64,000 nt of DNA, taken from Bacteroidales bacterium (lineage in GTDB: Bacteria > Bacteroidota > Bacteroidia > Bacteroidales > PWNQ01). Below are positions 46,445 through 58,400 of the stretch, in pieces. The number at the start of each line of letters is the position of its first letter. Positions within the stretch are counted from its first letter, which is position 1. A program made the position numbers and the translations under genes. The notes under the pieces were generated by a model that was not told the origin of the DNA, ran no database searches, and was given only the letters and a program-made list of their open reading frames with translations. Location: NCBI GenBank assembly GCA_003557725.1, contig PWNQ01000041.1, positions 8,481 to 72,480 on the forward strand, written 5' to 3'.

Positions 46445-47200
46445 ATGATTAAGCCATTAAAGGAGATTGATAAAAATACGGACTTCCGGGAAGGGAAAAT
46501 GCTATTGCTGGATAAACCCTACGGAATTACATCATTCAAGCTGGTCAGGAATGTTCGCAACTGGGTGAAAAAAAATTACCGCATCCGGGAAAAACTTAAG
46601 GTGGGACATGCCGGAACACTGGACCCGCTGGCCAGCGGATTAATGATCATATGTACCGGAAAAATGACCCGAAAGATACAGGAACTGCAGGATACACACA
46701 AAACCTATGAAGGATGTTTCACCTTTGGTGCCACCACACCGTCTCTGGATCTGGAAACGCCCGTTGATCAATCATTTCCCACAGCGTATCTGACAGAAAA
46801 TACATTGAAAGAGGCTTTTAAAGAATTTACCGGGGAACAAAAACAAACTCCACCGGTTTATTCTGCCGTAAAAATCAAAGGGCGAAGGGCATATGATTAT
46901 GCCCGTACAGATACCCATGTGATATTACGGGAAAAAGATATTGTTATCTATAGCCTGGAGCTGTTATCTTTTAAAGAGAATATGGCAGAATTTCGCATTA
47001 AATGCAGCAAGGGCACTTACATACGGTCTTTAGCTCGTGACCTTGGAGCGCATCTTCAATCGGGGGCTTACCTGAGCCGCCTGGTGCGAACGGAGGTGGG
47101 CCCTTATAAGCTGGAAGAGGCTTTTTCCCCGGAGGAACTGGAGCAGAAGTTAATCCTGGGGAACCAGTCCGGTTTGGATATAATCCGCCCCCAGGGATAG
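46445..47200 (+). CDS. truB: tRNA pseudouridine(55) synthase
   Basis: KVGHAGTLDPLASGLMII catalytic Asp motif, PPVYSAVKIKG, GTYIRSLARDLG. Confidence 0.9.
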   Translation: MIKPLKEIDKNTDFREGKMLLLDKPYGITSFKLVRNVRNWVKKNYRIREKLKVGHAGTLDPLASGLMIICTGKMTRKIQELQDTHKTYEGCFTFGATTPSLDLETPVDQSFPTAYLTENTLKEAFKEFTGEQKQTPPVYSAVKIKGRRAYDYARTDTHVILREKDIVIYSLELLSFKENMAEFRIKCSKGTYIRSLARDLGAHLQSGAYLSRLVRTEVGPYKLEEAFSPEELEQKLILGNQSGLDIIRPQG

Positions 47201-48013
47201 CGCTTTTTCCATAGCTTCCTCATCATACAACGACCAAAGCTGTACTTTTAACCCTTTAGCTCTGACTGCTGCTATGGCGGCCGAGTCCAGCTCCGGGTTG
47301 GCATAATTGTAGGAAATGCCATGGTATGACTTTTTTAATGCCTTTTTTGACAGCTCATTCAGGTCTTCATAGCCCAGCAGGTAACACTCTACCCCCTCAA
47401 GCCGGCCCTTTGCCTGGTCAAGAAAATACTGGTAATCCGTTTCTACCATCACCCGGTTATGCAGGCCATATTTGTTTAGCAATGCCTCCAGGCTGGTAAG
47501 CAGGCGGTCGAAGTATTCATGGGGAGCATTATTTTGGGAAAAACAACCATTGGGAAAATATCCTTTAATATCCAACGAAACCACAGGCCTAAATTGGCTG
47601 AGGGTCATCAGGATAAACACTTCCTCCAGGGTGGTCAGGGTAAATGCACTGTCCTTATGGCCCAGAGCTTTTAATTGGGCATCCGTTGAAGCGGGGATGC
47701 ACAAAAGCTCTTCCGGATTGTGCGGAAGACCGGCGTCATGGTAAAGCCATAAGGTGCCGTCTCTACTGCATTGAATGTCAATCTCAACTCCATCAAGGTG
47801 CTTAAAAGCTTGCTTAACAGAGGTGTAAGTGTTCTCCTGAAGGCCCGATACAGCGGTTTTGCCACTTCCGCGATGACCCAAAACTTTGGTCTCTGCCGGA
47901 CCAAGGGAGGCCTTCTCCCCAGGAGAACATCCCGGTGCAAGAAAAACAATAGCAAATAATAGGCCTGTTAAAAAACCTGGCAAAAACCCTTTAGCTCTTA
48001 ACGCATAATCCAT
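47150..48013 (-). CDS. Glycerophosphodiester phosphodiesterase family lipoprotein
   Basis: Lipobox LAPGCS. GDPD motifs VLGHRGSG...ENT and GVEIDIQCSRDGTLWLYHD. ATG at 48011-48013 is preferred over TTG at 48022. The 3' end overlaps truB by 51 nt. Confidence 0.75.
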   Translation of the reverse strand: MDYALRAKGFLPGFLTGLLFAIVFLAPGCSPGEKASLGPAETKVLGHRGSGKTAVSGLQENTYTSVKQAFKHLDGVEIDIQCSRDGTLWLYHDAGLPHNPEELLCIPASTDAQLKALGHKDSAFTLTTLEEVFILMTLSQFRPVVSLDIKGYFPNGCFSQNNAPHEYFDRLLTSLEALLNKYGLHNRVMVETDYQYFLDQAKGRLEGVECYLLGYEDLNELSKKALKKSYHGISYNYANPELDSAAIAAVRAKGLKVQLWSLYDEEAMEKALSLGADYIQTGLVPQD

Positions 48014-48080
48014 ATCTTTCAATTATTAATTCTTACTCATTCTCTTCATCTCCTCAATCACCCCCGGTGCTGAATCTGCT

Positions 48081-50087
48081 TTATAGCAAGCGCGGCTGCT
48101 TGCTCAGTATGTTAAATGCCTCAAGCATTTCCTGAAGCTTTTTCTTCTTTTCCGGGTCGTTACATATGGTGATCTTCATGCCGTCATGTATCCTGAATAG
48201 CCTTCCCTCCGACAGAAAGAACTCCCCATATACCAGTTCATCAACATCCCGGTTTATTCTCATAAACGGGATGAATGCTGTACTTTGAAAGGTTGTGGAA
48301 GTATCAATGGGCTCTCCAAGCCAATGTACCCACTGCGGGGTTTGTATATTATAGTGTGCTTTCATCATCCCCAAAATGGAAGGGGTGATATCCGCTACGG
48401 AAGAAACACCGGAAAAAATGCGAGGCTCCTTCACCATGGGTGAAAAAATGATCAAAGGCACATGGTACTTTTCTAGGGGAGTGTAAGAAGACATGGGCAA
48501 ATGATGGTCTCCAAAAATAAAGAAAATGGTTCTGGAATATTCCGGCCTTCGGGCATATTGGTCAAAGAGCAGACGAATGGCATGGTCAGCATAAAGGATG
48601 GTGGAGAACTGGTCCTTTCGCCGCTCATAAAATGTCCTTTCCAATTTCAGGGATGCAGAGGTGTCCAGCATTTTCAAAAATTTTCTCTTCCATTTTTCCG
48701 GTGACGGAGGGCTGAACGGGTCGTGAGTGCTTAGTGTAAGATATATATCTGTGCGCAGGGGGTGGTCTAAAGAGTCCAGAACTTCCATAGACCGTTCAAA
48801 TACAGCATGGTCAGGATACCCCCAGCTAAAGCCTTCATCACACTCTTCAATTGGCCGGTAGGACTTTCCAAACCTCTGGTCGCCAAGAATATAGTCTATG
48901 CCTGTTTCTTTCAGAAAGGTGCTCATATGGTCAAATTGGGGCCAGCCACCATAAAAGAAGTGACTTTTATACCCGGCCTCCTGCTTCAGGATTTCGTTTA
49001 AAGAGAAAAAGTCAGGATAAGGGTCTTCTTCCGCCAGGCTGGCAAACCCCTTCTCTCCATAGGGCAGGGAGGCTAATGCCGAAGGAAGTGCATTGAAAGT
49101 TCGCTCTGATGTGGAAAGGAAGTTGCTCCAATATAACCCCTGTCGGGCCAGTGAATCCAAAAAAGGGGTGAAGCTGCCCCAGCGGGCACCCGGACCGGAA
49201 AAGTCACGGCCCAGACTCTCCACAATTATAAAAACAAAATTGGGCTCCTCTTCCGGTAAATCAAAAAAGGAACCTAATACATCCTTTTGCAACTCCTCCC
49301 GGAGAAAAGGTAAATGGAGAAACGGATAATGACGGTGAGGAAGCATGGAGTGAAAAGCCCGGGAAACAGCAGGAAGGTCCTGGTCAGTATAATGTGATCG
49401 GCGATGCAGGTTGCCGGATAGCTCCTTTATCAGATATGAGGTCTTGTTAACCTGTTGGTAGTAATGCTGATTTCTCTTGAAATCCTGAATGTTGGGAGTA
49501 ATATTGTTGAAGATGGTCATGGAAAGGAGTACAGGAATAAAAGCAATGACGGTGACCACAAGGGATGACTTGCATCTATATAGCAACAGCCAGGGGGTGG
49601 CAAAAGAAAAACCGATGATAATGAAGATCTTGAGAAAATCTGAAAAGGTAAAGGATGCGGAGGTGGACGCAATATAGAGCACATCGCTCACACTGTATAC
49701 CATCAGTGAATGATCCAAAGGAATAAAGGTGGTAAGATAATATTCCGATAAGAAGTAAGTTAGCAGCCCGGCGGATACTGCAACTATAATGCCCGCCCAT
49801 CTTATTGAATACCAAAGTCTGTGTGGAAGAAAAATATACAAAGGGAAAAAAATAAGCCCTGCAAAAGACGCAAATGTAAGGTCATACCGCCAGCCGGCAA
49901 GGTAACTGCCCAGGTCTGCATGGCTGTACCGGGAAGTATAAGAGAAGTACTCCAACAGGCGGACCAGCAAAAAGATAAAAAACAGCGACCAGATAACCTT
50001 AACGGCCGGGCCTGATTTTGCCAAAATCGGTTTTATTATACGCCAAACAATATGATGATCCCCTTTATTAGAAAATACTCCCCGCAT
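48081..50087 (-). CDS. LTA-synthase/phosphoglycerol-transferase-like sulfatase-family membrane protein
   Basis: N-terminal multi-TM region and an extracytoplasmic sulfatase-fold domain (FIIVESLGRDF, STSERTFNALPS, FGDHHLP). ATG at 50085-50087 is preferred over TTG at 50216. Confidence 0.75.
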   Translation of the reverse strand: MRGVFSNKGDHHIVWRIIKPILAKSGPAVKVIWSLFFIFLLVRLLEYFSYTSRYSHADLGSYLAGWRYDLTFASFAGLIFFPLYIFLPHRLWYSIRWAGIIVAVSAGLLTYFLSEYYLTTFIPLDHSLMVYSVSDVLYIASTSASFTFSDFLKIFIIIGFSFATPWLLLYRCKSSLVVTVIAFIPVLLSMTIFNNITPNIQDFKRNQHYYQQVNKTSYLIKELSGNLHRRSHYTDQDLPAVSRAFHSMLPHRHYPFLHLPFLREELQKDVLGSFFDLPEEEPNFVFIIVESLGRDFSGPGARWGSFTPFLDSLARQGLYWSNFLSTSERTFNALPSALASLPYGEKGFASLAEEDPYPDFFSLNEILKQEAGYKSHFFYGGWPQFDHMSTFLKETGIDYILGDQRFGKSYRPIEECDEGFSWGYPDHAVFERSMEVLDSLDHPLRTDIYLTLSTHDPFSPPSPEKWKRKFLKMLDTSASLKLERTFYERRKDQFSTILYADHAIRLLFDQYARRPEYSRTIFFIFGDHHLPMSSYTPLEKYHVPLIIFSPMVKEPRIFSGVSSVADITPSILGMMKAHYNIQTPQWVHWLGEPIDTSTTFQSTAFIPFMRINRDVDELVYGEFFLSEGRLFRIHDGMKITICNDPEKKKKLQEMLEAFNILSKQPRLL

Positions 50088-50273
50088 AACCGTTTCAATT
50101 AATGGGGCCGGCGCAAATGCGCAGGCAACTGTTCCTTGCACAAGGGCTGGCCTTTGTGCCAAATCAAAATGCTCCCGACTAAAATAAAAGAGAATACAGC
50201 CGGAAAGGCAGTGCAATTATACTGAAAAATTTAGATTAACAAGCATATTTCAATGTAGGTGCTCATGTTTCAG

Positions 50274-50281
50274 TATTTTTG
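50274..50281 (+). promoter_or_regulatory. -7 box TATTTTTG upstream of the lipid kinase gene
   Basis: Exact TAnnTTTG match followed by CAC, 24 nt upstream of ATG 50305. Confidence 0.5.
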
Positions 50282-50304
50282 CACATATTTATTAAACTTC
50301 TTTT

Positions 50305-51216
50305 ATGGAAGACCCATCATACAAGCTCAGGACACTGGTGGTTGTGAACCCGGTTTCAGGCACCCGTGAGAAACAGAAGATATTGAGCGTTCTTTATCGC
50401 CGGCTCCATAAGAGCAAGTTCAATATTGATGTGGAAAAAACCCAATACCCCGGCCATGGCAGAGAACTGGCGCGTAAAGCCGCCCATGATGGATATCACC
50501 TGGTGATTGCCGTCGGGGGAGACGGCCTGATCAATGAAGTGGCCGGAGCTTTGGTATATAGCCAAACCATCTTGGGGATCATCCCGGCAGGTAGCGGTAA
50601 CGGACTGGCCAGACATTTGAAAATTCCACGGAAGCCGGAAAAAGCTGCAGAGGTAATTAATAACTTCAAAGTGGCGGTTATGGACTCTTTTGCCGTGGGA
50701 GAAGACCGGTTTTTTTGTAATATGGCCGGAGTGGGCTTTGATGCCCACGTGGCAAAGCTGTTTCACAGCGGAAAACAACGAGGCTTTTTTACATATTTGA
50801 AAATCAGCCTGATGGAGGTGGTGCGGTTTCGACCAGAAAAATATACCCTGGTAATCAATGACAAAACATGGGAATACAATGCCTTCCTTATCGCTTTCGC
50901 CAACTCATCTCAGTTTGGCAGTAATGCAATAATCGCTCCCCATGCATCACTCACCGACGGACAAATGGATGTGTGCATCGTGGAGAAAATGCCCCTCTAT
51001 AAGGTGCCAATGGCCGGACTGGCTCTGATTACCGGACAAATACATAAACTGTCAATGGTGAAGTATTTTAGAACAGCTCAGGCTGAACTAATCCCTCATA
51101 ACCAAAACTCCTGCTGCCAACTGGACGGAGAACCATACCCGCTGAATGAGAATATGACAATCACAGCGAAAAGACACTCCCTTAGCGTGGTAGTGCCCCA
51201 AAAAACAGATATGTAG
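50305..51216 (+). CDS. Diacylglycerol-kinase-family lipid kinase (YegS/BmrU/DgkB-like)
   Basis: VVNPVSGT, AVGGDGLINEV, IIPAGSGNGLAR (DAGK catalytic domain motifs). Confidence 0.85.
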   Translation: MEDPSYKLRTLVVVNPVSGTREKQKILSVLYRRLHKSKFNIDVEKTQYPGHGRELARKAAHDGYHLVIAVGGDGLINEVAGALVYSQTILGIIPAGSGNGLARHLKIPRKPEKAAEVINNFKVAVMDSFAVGEDRFFCNMAGVGFDAHVAKLFHSGKQRGFFTYLKISLMEVVRFRPEKYTLVINDKTWEYNAFLIAFANSSQFGSNAIIAPHASLTDGQMDVCIVEKMPLYKVPMAGLALITGQIHKLSMVKYFRTAQAELIPHNQNSCCQLDGEPYPLNENMTITAKRHSLSVVVPQKTDM

Positions 51217-51285
51217 AAAGCTTGTCGCAGACTGTTTCGGGTTCGCTCTTCGCAGACTGTGGCAGGTGGGTGTTTAGTTGTTTGA

Positions 51286-51315
51286 GGATGATTTCCAGCG
51301 AATGTGAAAAATTCG
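51286..51315. repeat. Possible fragment of the repeat family
   Basis: GGATGATTTCCAGCGAATGTGAAAAATTCG compared with GCTGATTTTCAGCGGATGTGAAAAATGTG (12461-12489). The match is about 30 nt only. Confidence 0.3.
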
Positions 51316-51479
51316 CCATAACTGACGTTTAAAATTGGCATAAAATCACGGATCCCCGGATGGGTTAGCATGGCAACGGCAGCATTTTGCCATTTTGGCC
51401 CAAAATTTGAATATAAAAGAGATACACTTAAAAATTTTCAGCCATGGATCATTACATAAGCCGGCTTGATAAGACAGCC

Positions 51480-52298
51480 ATGCACAGTATCTCCCTTTTG
51501 TTATTGCTTCTTATTCCCTTTTCCCTGTTTTCTCAGGATGGGCTCCGCCATGAAGCCAACCGTGCATATAGCCCTGGAGAGTCGTTAAAGTTCCGGGTGT
51601 ATTATCATTCTACGGTCACAGGTCGTGTCACTGCCGGCTATATCACCTTTGATGTAAAGGAAGACCTGGAGAGCATGTACGGCCGGGAGACCATGCACGT
51701 GGTGGCCCATGGAACCACCAGCAGGGTTTTCGGGTGGTTCTTCAAGGTGGATGACCGCTATGAGTCCTACATTGACACCCGTACCCTGGCGCCCTGGAAA
51801 GCGGTGCGAAGGGTAAATGAGGGGGGATATATCATCGATCATGACTACTACTTTGACCAAAGGGCGGCAAAAGGCTTTATGAGAAACAACCTGACCAGTG
51901 CCCGCAAGGAGGTGCAAACCAGTCAATATGCCCAGGATATCCTTTCTCTATTCTATTATGCCCGAACCCTGGATTACGATAATGCTCAGCCCGGAGATAT
52001 ACAGGAGGTGGATTTTATGATCGATGACACCACATACACAGCCCGCATACGGTATGACGGCAAAGAAGAGATCAGCACCCGGCTGGGGAAATTCCGGTGT
52101 ATTAAGATCACCCCGCTAATGGATATTAAAGGGGTCTTTGATGAGGAAGACCCCATGGTACTATATGTTACCGACGACCGCAACCGGTTGCCCATTTTTG
52201 GGAAAAGCCAGATCAGTGTGGGATCTGTACGCTTGGAACTAATGGAGTATGAGGGTGTTACAAATTACTTCAATGCAGCCATACAGCTCAACCAGTGA
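51480..52298 (+). CDS. DUF3108-like secreted protein
   Basis: ATG at 51480 gives the signal peptide MHSISLLLLLLIPFSLFSQ (ORF opens at 51444). GESLKFRVYY...AGYITFDV resembles the pattern I recall for DUF3108. Confidence 0.55.
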   Translation: MHSISLLLLLLIPFSLFSQDGLRHEANRAYSPGESLKFRVYYHSTVTGRVTAGYITFDVKEDLESMYGRETMHVVAHGTTSRVFGWFFKVDDRYESYIDTRTLAPWKAVRRVNEGGYIIDHDYYFDQRAAKGFMRNNLTSARKEVQTSQYAQDILSLFYYARTLDYDNAQPGDIQEVDFMIDDTTYTARIRYDGKEEISTRLGKFRCIKITPLMDIKGVFDEEDPMVLYVTDDRNRLPIFGKSQISVGSVRLELMEYEGVTNYFNAAIQLNQ

Positions 52299-52412
52299 AT
52301 TTGTATCTTCGTCACCAAATAATGAGGTGGATGCTTTCCACTCACAGCGTAAATTATCCAATATCAAACAGAAAAGACCATTAAACGTTATCATCATAAA
52401 AATTATAAACAT

Positions 52413-55400
52413 ATGAAAGCCTTCCTTACCACCCTGGTGGCGATCTTCATAACCACCGTCCTGGTACTCTCTGCCATGGCCCCGGCTCAGGACAAAAATG
52501 AAGAAAAAACTATGGAGTCTTTATGGAAAAGAGTGGAAAAGTTGGAGAAGGCGGGAAAGCCCCGGGCAGCATTGGAGGTGGTGGCAGAGATCAGGCAGTT
52601 GGCGAGGAGTAAAATGCTTAACGCTCAATGGATAAAAGCGGTTTCTTATGAGATGTTGCTGACCATGAGCTATGAGGAAGAGCCCTGGAAAAAGGGGATA
52701 AAAATTCTTGAGAAGGCATTGGAGGAGGCTCCGGATAAAGAGATCCGGGCGGTTATCCATTCACAACTGGGCCATCAATACTATCATTATTATAACAACA
52801 ACCGGCATATTATAAGCGATCGCACTCAACTGCTGGAGGATACGGTTATGGATATAGGGCAATGGACCGCCCACAGGGTTATCCGGGAGTCGGTAAAGCA
52901 CTTTCAAAAGTCGCTGGAAGAAAAAGAATTGCTGGCCCGGGCATCGCTGGAAGACTATGAGGATCTGATCATACGGCCGGATGAAGAGGAGAAAGTGCTT
53001 AGCTCACTATATGAGCTGCTGGCATTGCAAGCCCTGCGCTTCTATGCCCGTGAACCTGCGCCATTGGTCAAAGCAGGGGGAATGACCCGGCTGGAGAACG
53101 CCCGCTACTTTAAAACAGACAGCGAGTTTCTGAACCTCCCAATCCCTGTGGACCATGAAGACTTCCGCCTGATGTCCATGGCCATCTATCAAAGCCTGGC
53201 AGAATTGCACCGAAAGCAGGATAATCAGTTCCTGCAGTTGTGGTTTACCCTGGAAAGGCTGGATTATGCCAGGGAGAAGTCATCAAGAACAGACCGGGAT
53301 GAGCTGTACCTCTTTGCACTGGAGTCCCTCCGGGAAGAAAACCAGGGAAGGGAGACTGTTACCAGAGTGCATTACAGGCTGGCCAAATATTGGGAGCAGC
53401 AAGGGGGGAAGTATAGCCCCCTGTTGAGTGATGACCACAAGTGGGATAAAGTAAAAGCCAAAGATTATTGTGAAGCCGCTCTGGAGCAATTCCCCCGGTC
53501 CTATGGAGCTAAGCAGTGTCGTGTATTGCTGGAAGACCTGCTTAAACCCAATATCTCCCTGGATAATGACCGGATGGTCATACCTCAACAGCCTTCCCTT
53601 GCCTCTATCCGATATAAAAATACGGACAGGTTGTTCTTCACCCTGTACAAAATGGACTACAGGGAATGGAGAAATATAGACAGAAGAGAGCCATCCACCT
53701 TCTTTAGGCGCCTGGCACGGGAAGAAAAGGTAAGCACCTGGCAGGTGAACCCGGAAGATGACGGCGACCTGCAGTATCATCGCGTGGAAGTGGAAATTCC
53801 CGAACTGCCGTCCGGGCACTACGTTTTGGTGGCCTCCAACACGGAATCACCGGTAAAAGATACAGCCCATACTGTTTACAACAACTTCTTTGTCACACCA
53901 ATGTCTGTGATTTTACGTTCACAGTCCAAAAATATTCACCAGGGATATGTGACCTGCCATAAAACGGGAGCCCCCATGAGCGACGTGGACGTGGAGGTGG
54001 TGGAGCGCTATTATGATCGTGCACAACGAAGTTATGGGTACCGGACGGTGGATAAATTACAAACAGGGAAGGACGGTGGTTTTAAATTTGCCAATAACAG
54101 CAAATCCTTCCGCCGGTATATGTTGGAGTTGAGAAAAGGAAGCCACCACTTTACTTATCCGTTGCAGTTTTCTCAGTCACCCTATTCCCGGCAGGAGCAA
54201 ACCCGGGAAAGGATAAGGACCTATCTGTATACGGATCGCGCCATTTACCGCCCGGGGCAGGTGGTCTACTTCAAGGGCATCACCCTGGGATTTGAGGGAG
54301 ATAAGCAGAATATCAAAGAAGGCCTGGACAGCCGGATAACCCTTTATGATGCAAACCACCAGGAGGTGGAACACCTGGAGGTGCGCACCAATAAATACGG
54401 GTCGTTTAACGGGTCCTTTGTGCTTCCATCCACCGGACTCACCGGCATTTTCCGGTTGAGATGCCAGCATGGAACCACCACCATCCGGGTGGAAGAATAT
54501 AAACGGCCACGGTTTGAAGTGGAGCTGAAACAGGTGGAAGACCCCTTCCGGCTGGGGGAGCAGGTGGTGATGAAAGGACAGGCCAGAGCATATGCAGGAA
54601 GCAATGTGAGTAATGCCAGGGTGCGCTATGAAGTGAAGCGTAAAGCAAAATACCGCCCACAAGGGCACAGGTACCGGTATTTCTTTCCCATACCATCCGG
54701 AGAAGAAACCACTATCGCCCAGGGAGAAACTCAAGCCGACCAGCAAGGGAATTTTGAGATCCCATTCCATGCCATTCCCGGTGAACAGAAAGGCGCACAC
54801 ATCCAATCAATCTTCCGGTACACAGTAGAAGCCCATGTGACCGATATCTCCGGCGAAACACGATGGAACAGCAGAACCGTTTCCGCCGGAGACAAAGCAT
54901 TGACCCTGGATGTGAACATCCCGGAGCAGGTGAACCAGACCAGACCCATGGAATACAGGGTTATTACTGAGAACCTGGACGGAGCTAAAGTGCCTGCCTC
55001 CGGCGAAATTACCGTTCAAAGACTGAAACAACCTCAACGACTGCTGAAAGAAAGAGCCTGGCAAGAGCCCGACAGATTTGTGATGGACAAAGAAACGTTT
55101 GAAGAGAAGTTCCCCCATGAGCAGTATCATATAGAGCTTGTCAAAGAGGAATGGGAAGTGGAAGAACAGGTCTTCCATTGTGAATTCAGCACGGAAAAGA
55201 CTGACTCCCTCAGCCTCAATTGTGCTGCCGGGTGGGATGAAGGGGTGTACCGGATAACCATTACTTCACAAGACGTTTTTGGACAACAGGTGGAAACGGT
55301 GAAACACTTTAGCCTGTTTGACCCTTCCAAAAAGAATATGCATGAAAATACCTGGTTCTGGACTCACCTGGAGAAAGCCAGCGTTCTGCCCGGAGAAGAA

Positions 55401-58400
55401 GTGGAACTGGTGATCGGTACGGCAGCCAAAAAGGCATCCATTCAGTTTGCCTATGGCATGAATGGAGAATTCCTTAAGGATGAATGGGTAAACCTTTCCA
55501 ATGAGAAAAGGAAAATCACCATCCCGGTAACGGAAGATCACCGGGGAGGGTTTTATATCTATCTGAACATGACAAAAGAAGGAGTAACCCACCGAAAGCA
55601 GTATCATGTCTCCGTCCCTTTTACCAACAAGAAATTGAGCACACAACTGGTCACCTATCGTGATATTATGGAGCCGGGGAGTAATGAGAAGTGGAAGATC
55701 AAGCTGGAGGGACCGGAAGGGGAGGCCGTGGCGGCAGAAATGCTGGCCAGTATGTATGATGCATCCCTGGATCAGTTCATTAGCCATGGCTGGAGCTTCG
55801 ATTACTTAAGCAAAAATAGGGCCGGAATACAATACCTCTCGCCGGGAAAACGGGTGAGTTCCTCCGCCGCCACCCTTCTTTCCCCACCGAATATATACAG
55901 AATGCCCAAAGAAACCACACTGGAGTCGTTTATCCATGAAACAGGAATGAGCGAAAGGTGGGGGTATGGACGCTTAATCTACCGGTCATATGATAGAAGG
56001 GATAGGGGTGAGGAGGTACACCTGGAAATGATGGAAGTGCTTGATGACGTTGAGACTGATGGGGTGCGGGGAACACAAGAAGTAAGAGGAAGGATTTCCA
56101 AGCCGTTTATAGACAGGGATGATGAGCCCCATTCAGCTAAAATTCAGGAGGATGCATCCCATTCTTCGCTGCCTGGTGAAGCACCGGGCGATCAGATACA
56201 GGTTCGTACCCACTTTTCCGAGACAGCCTTTTTCTATCCCACGCTGGAAACGGATAAAGAGGGGAATATCTTGCTGGACTTTGCCATGCCCGAGGCGGTA
56301 ACCCGCTGGAAACTTATGGCTTTATCCCATACCAGCGATTTAAAAAGCCATATTTTCACCCATTCCGTCCAAACACAAAAAGAGCTTTTGGTGATGCCCA
56401 ATATGCCGCGTTTTCTGCGTGAGGGGGATACCATTTTGGTAAGTGCTGCCATTAGCAACCTGTCGCAGGACACCTTATCCGGTGAAGCGGCCATAACGTT
56501 GTTTAAGGCTGCCAACCGGCAAGTGGTTACCGGAGCGTTTGGTGTGGATGACCAGCAAATGCAGCCATTTTCCCTGGAGCCCCAAGCTACCGAAGCGGTA
56601 ACCTGGAGGCTGGTGATCCCGGAGGGATATCCGGCCGTAATCTGGCAGATCACCGCCCAAACGGAAACCCACTCCGACGGCGAAGAAAAATTGATCCCCA
56701 TATTGCCCAACCGCATGCTGGTTACCGAGTCTTTACCTATGTCCGTGAGAAAAAACAGCTCTAAAGAATATACCTTTGACAAATTGCTGGGATCCGGGCA
56801 GTCGCAAACCCTTTCCCACCACCGGTATACATTGGAAGTGACGCAGAATCCTGCCTGGTATGCGGTGCAGGCATTGCCTTACCTGGCTGACTTTCCCCAT
56901 GAGTGCTCCGAGCAGATATTCAGCCGCTATTATGCCAACGCACTGGCAACACACATTGCCAATGCCCATCCAAAGATACAGCAGGTGTTCAATACCTGGC
57001 GGGATATACAGCCCGACGCCCTGCAAAGCCAACTGGAGAAAAACGAAGAGCTTAAATCGCTGGTGCTTAGTGAAACCCCATGGGTGATGGAGGCTAAAAG
57101 TCAGGCCCAGCAAAAACGACGCATCGCACTGCTGTTCGACCTGAACACCATGAGCCGAAAGAAACAGGAAACCATACGCCAGCTGGAAGAAATGCAGCTG
57201 AATAACGGGGGATGGCCATGGTTCGCCGGAGGATACCCCAACCGCTATATCTCACAACATATTGTGGCCGGGTTTGGACACCTGCAAACACTGGCAGTGG
57301 ATGAGAATGAGCACAGGGTGACAAGAATGATGGAAAAAGCCCTGGGGTACATGGATGACCAAATGGCCAGAGATCTGAAGCGGCTGAAAGAGAGAAATGT
57401 GGACCTGGAAAAGAATAACCTGGGCAGTGTCCATATCCATTACCTGTATGCACGTTCATTCTTCAGTGATGAAATACCTGTAAAGCCGTCGGCTAAAGAA
57501 GCCTTTAACTATTATACACAACAGGTAAAAGACCACTGGCAAGGGCAAAGCATTTACCTTCAGGGTATGATGGCACTGGCCCTGCATAGATACAATGATG
57601 CTGCCGCTGCTAAAGCCATTATGGCATCCATAAAGGACAGAGCCCTGTATGATGAAGAAATGGGAATGTACTGGCGTAAAGACCGGGGATACTTTTGGAC
57701 ACAGGCTCCCATCGAAAGGCAAGCTTTGCTCATTGAAGCCTTTGATGAAATCACCAATGACACGGAAAGCGTGGAGGAGATGCGACTATGGCTGCTTAAG
57801 CAAAAGCAAACCCAGGACTGGGGAACCACCAAAGCCACTGCTACGGCAATATATGCCCTTCTGTTAAGAGGAACGGACCTGTTATCCACAGAGAATACCG
57901 TAACTATTACCGTGGGAGAGCAAGTGATAGACCCGGAGACAGACCATCCCTCGCACACAGAAGCCGGAACCGGCTATTTTAAAAAGACCTGGGACAGCGT
58001 AACCCCGGAAATGGGAAATGTCTCCTTTCAAAACCGGGGAGAAAGCGTGGCCTGGGGAGCAGTCTACTGGCAGTACTTTGAACAACTGGACAAAATCACC
58101 GGACATGAAACATCCCTGAATCTCAGTAAAGAACTGTATAAAGAAGTGCAAACCCCCACAGGGAAACAACTGGAAGCAGTGAGTGAAACCACCCCATTGA
58201 CACCGGGAGACCGCATCATGGTAAGGATCGTCCTTAAAACAGACCGCGATATGGAGTTTGTCCACTTGAAAGATATGAGGGCCGCAGGGCTGGAGCCCGT
58301 AAATGTGATGTCAGCAATGAAGTATCAGGACGGACTGAGATACTATGAAAGTACACGGGACGCCGCAACTCACTTCTTTATGGACTACCTGCACAAAGGG

